DNA from: Myxococcota bacterium
Lineage (GTDB): Bacteria > Myxococcota_A > Polyangia > Polyangiales > Sandaracinaceae
Direction: 5' to 3'
DNA length: 64,000 nucleotides
Assembly: GCA_036149055.1 (NCBI GenBank)
Contig: JAYZQJ010000133.1
Span: 1-64,000 of the forward strand
Every line of letters starts with the position of its first letter. Within the stretch, counting starts at the first letter, position 1. Made by a program: the position numbers and the translations under genes. Below are positions 62,428 through 64,000 of this stretch, in pieces. The notes beneath the pieces are model-generated. The model saw nothing but the letters and a program-made list of their open reading frames with translations, had not been told where the DNA came from and did no database searches.

Positions 62428-63328
62428 CGCCGAGGCGCGGATCGCGGGCGCGGTGGACGGGCTCGTGGCGAGCGAGGTCCTGCGGCCGGTCGCGCTGCAC
62501 TCCTCGGAGGAGCGCCTCTTCGCCGACTGCGACCTCGCCTCGCTGGCCGAGAACCGGCTCGCGGAGTCCGTCGATCCGCGAGGGATCGACCCCGCCACCC
62601 GCGCGCGCTTCCTCGACGAGGCGACCGACGAGACCCAGCGGCTCCCGAGCGAGCGCGCCTACGAGCGCTGCTTCTGGCTGATGGACGAGGGCGAGCGGCT
62701 CGGGACCGTCAGCCTGCTCGACTCGAGCTGGGGCTCGTCGCGCGCCTACCTCGCGAGCCTCTACGTCTTCCCCGACCGTCGCGGCCGGGGCCTCGGCGCC
62801 CGCGCGATGCGGGCCATCCGGGACGCGCTCGCGGCGCGACGCATGGGGCTGCGCCTCGACACGAGCTGGCTCTGGCAGGACGCGGTGCGCTTCTACCTGC
62901 GGCTCGGCATGCGCTGCTGGATGTGGAAGCGGAGCCTCTCGTTCTGCTGGGACCTCGACGCCGTGACGCCGGCGCTCGAGGTCGAGGGCGCGCGCGCCTC
63001 GCTGACCCTGGGCCCGGAGACCACCGTCGTCGCCGCGCACGACGGCGCCTGGCTGAGCCTCGAAGACGGCGAGGGCCACCGCCGGGGTGACGCGCACACC
63101 CACCTCGCGCTGGAGCTGGCGATGCGCGGCTGGCCGCTGCTCCGGAGCGAGGCCGAGCGGAGGCGTCACCGGGCGTCGGACGCCGGCGCCCCCGAGGCGC
63201 TGGCGGATCGGATCGAGGTCTGGGAGGCCTACGCGCGCCACATGGGCTGGCGGGTGGAGACGCCGCGGATCCCCGGGCTCACCTACCCGAGCTGGGCGGA
63301 GCTGCAGCGCGCCTGGACGGAGACGTAG
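62420..63328 (+). CDS. GNAT family acetyltransferase
   Basis: LYVFPDRRGRGLG acetyl-CoA motif and AVRFYLRLG. Confidence 0.78.
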   Translation: MGDAEARIAGAVDGLVASEVLRPVALHSSEERLFADCDLASLAENRLAESVDPRGIDPATRARFLDEATDETQRLPSERAYERCFWLMDEGERLGTVSLLDSSWGSSRAYLASLYVFPDRRGRGLGARAMRAIRDALAARRMGLRLDTSWLWQDAVRFYLRLGMRCWMWKRSLSFCWDLDAVTPALEVEGARASLTLGPETTVVAAHDGAWLSLEDGEGHRRGDAHTHLALELAMRGWPLLRSEAERRRHRASDAGAPEALADRIEVWEAYARHMGWRVETPRIPGLTYPSWAELQRAWTET

Positions 63329-63331
63329 GCG

Positions 63332-64000
63332 CTACTTCTTGCGCCAGGGATAGAAGACGACGCCGGTCGCGCGCGCGTTGCGCATGAGCTCGGGGTCGTC
63401 GAGGAGGAGCACGTCGAGCTGCGCCCCCTCGGCGTCGCCCGCGCGGCGCACCTCGCTGACGATGTCGTTCACCCGCTGGCGGAAGCCCGCGTCGACCCGG
63501 AGCCCGACGGTGGGCGAAGGCGCGGCGGGGCCGCGGGCCGCCTGGACCATCGCCGCCCACTCCACCTCGGGGTAGTTGCGCAGCACCACGGTGAGCGCGT
63601 CGAAGAGGGCGTCGCTCGGCATCGAGGCGAGCGGCTGCAGGCTCACGCTCGTGCCGCCGCCGAACGCCGCGGCCGAGGGATCGAAGTCCTTGCTCACCGA
63701 GAAGCCGTCGTCCTCGTCCTGCGTCGGCGCCGGCTCGAGCCCCGGTGTGGACGTGGGCGGCTTGATCTCCGCCGGGACGCGCGGCGCGGCGAGCGATCCG
63801 GGCGCGGGGGTGGCGGTCATCGGCCCGGCGCTCGGCGGCGGGGTCGGGCGCACCGCGCGGATGAGCGACGAGGAGATCTTGCCGGCGCCGGCGAAGGGCC
63901 CGGACGAGTCGCGGCGCGCCGCGGGGCTGAGCAGCGGCTCGAACTCCTCGCGCGCGATCTCGAGGGCGTGATCGTCGGCGATGTCGATCACGACGTAGCT
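63332..64000 (-). CDS. Partial CDS (5' end beyond the window), possibly SseB-family
   Basis: Pro-rich linker followed by a compact domain (YPEVEWA..LDVLLLD..FYP) reminiscent of SseB_C. Confidence 0.5.
   Translation of the reverse strand, partial: SYVVIDIADDHALEIAREEFEPLLSPAARRDSSGPFAGAGKISSSLIRAVRPTPPPSAGPMTATPAPGSLAAPRVPAEIKPPTSTPGLEPAPTQDEDDGFSVSKDFDPSAAAFGGGTSVSLQPLASMPSDALFDALTVVLRNYPEVEWAAMVQAARGPAAPSPTVGLRVDAGFRQRVNDIVSEVRRAGDAEGAQLDVLLLDDPELMRNARATGVVFYPWRKK

Overview
A very GC-rich bacterial chromosome segment. The gene content points to Myxococcota, probably Polyangia/Sandaracinaceae-like (inference): MYXO-CTERM-like tails, PEGA, FG-GAP and Cys-rich lipoproteins, a DUF1592/DUF1552 pair and a sterol reductase. 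About 65 CDS and one tRNA-Cys(GCA) can be supported. Housekeeping genes include tatA, an rlmI-like methyltransferase, acnA, truB, nrnA-like, rbfA, ribA, folE-like and a ribD deaminase. I found no transposase, integrase, phage or cas genes. The most unusual signal is non-coding: a modular structured repeat element. It has two full inverted copies (18073-18797, 22412-23233) and a partial third copy (1-210), each starting within 10 bp downstream of a gene and in that gene's sense orientation. Each full copy has a hairpin scaffold, five 24-bp palindromes and a (TCGGNN)n tract. The two full copies bracket a DUF503-rbfA-DHH-truB block that lacks its usual infB and rpsO-pnp neighbours. Other candidates are an aminotransferase-LuxE-LuxC operon without luxAB, a Cys-rich MerR-divergent FolE-LON_N-Rieske operon, sterol and ether-lipid enzymes, a structured ribA leader and a recurring leaderless-promoter signature. 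Product calls come from motif recognition by eye; no database searches were run.
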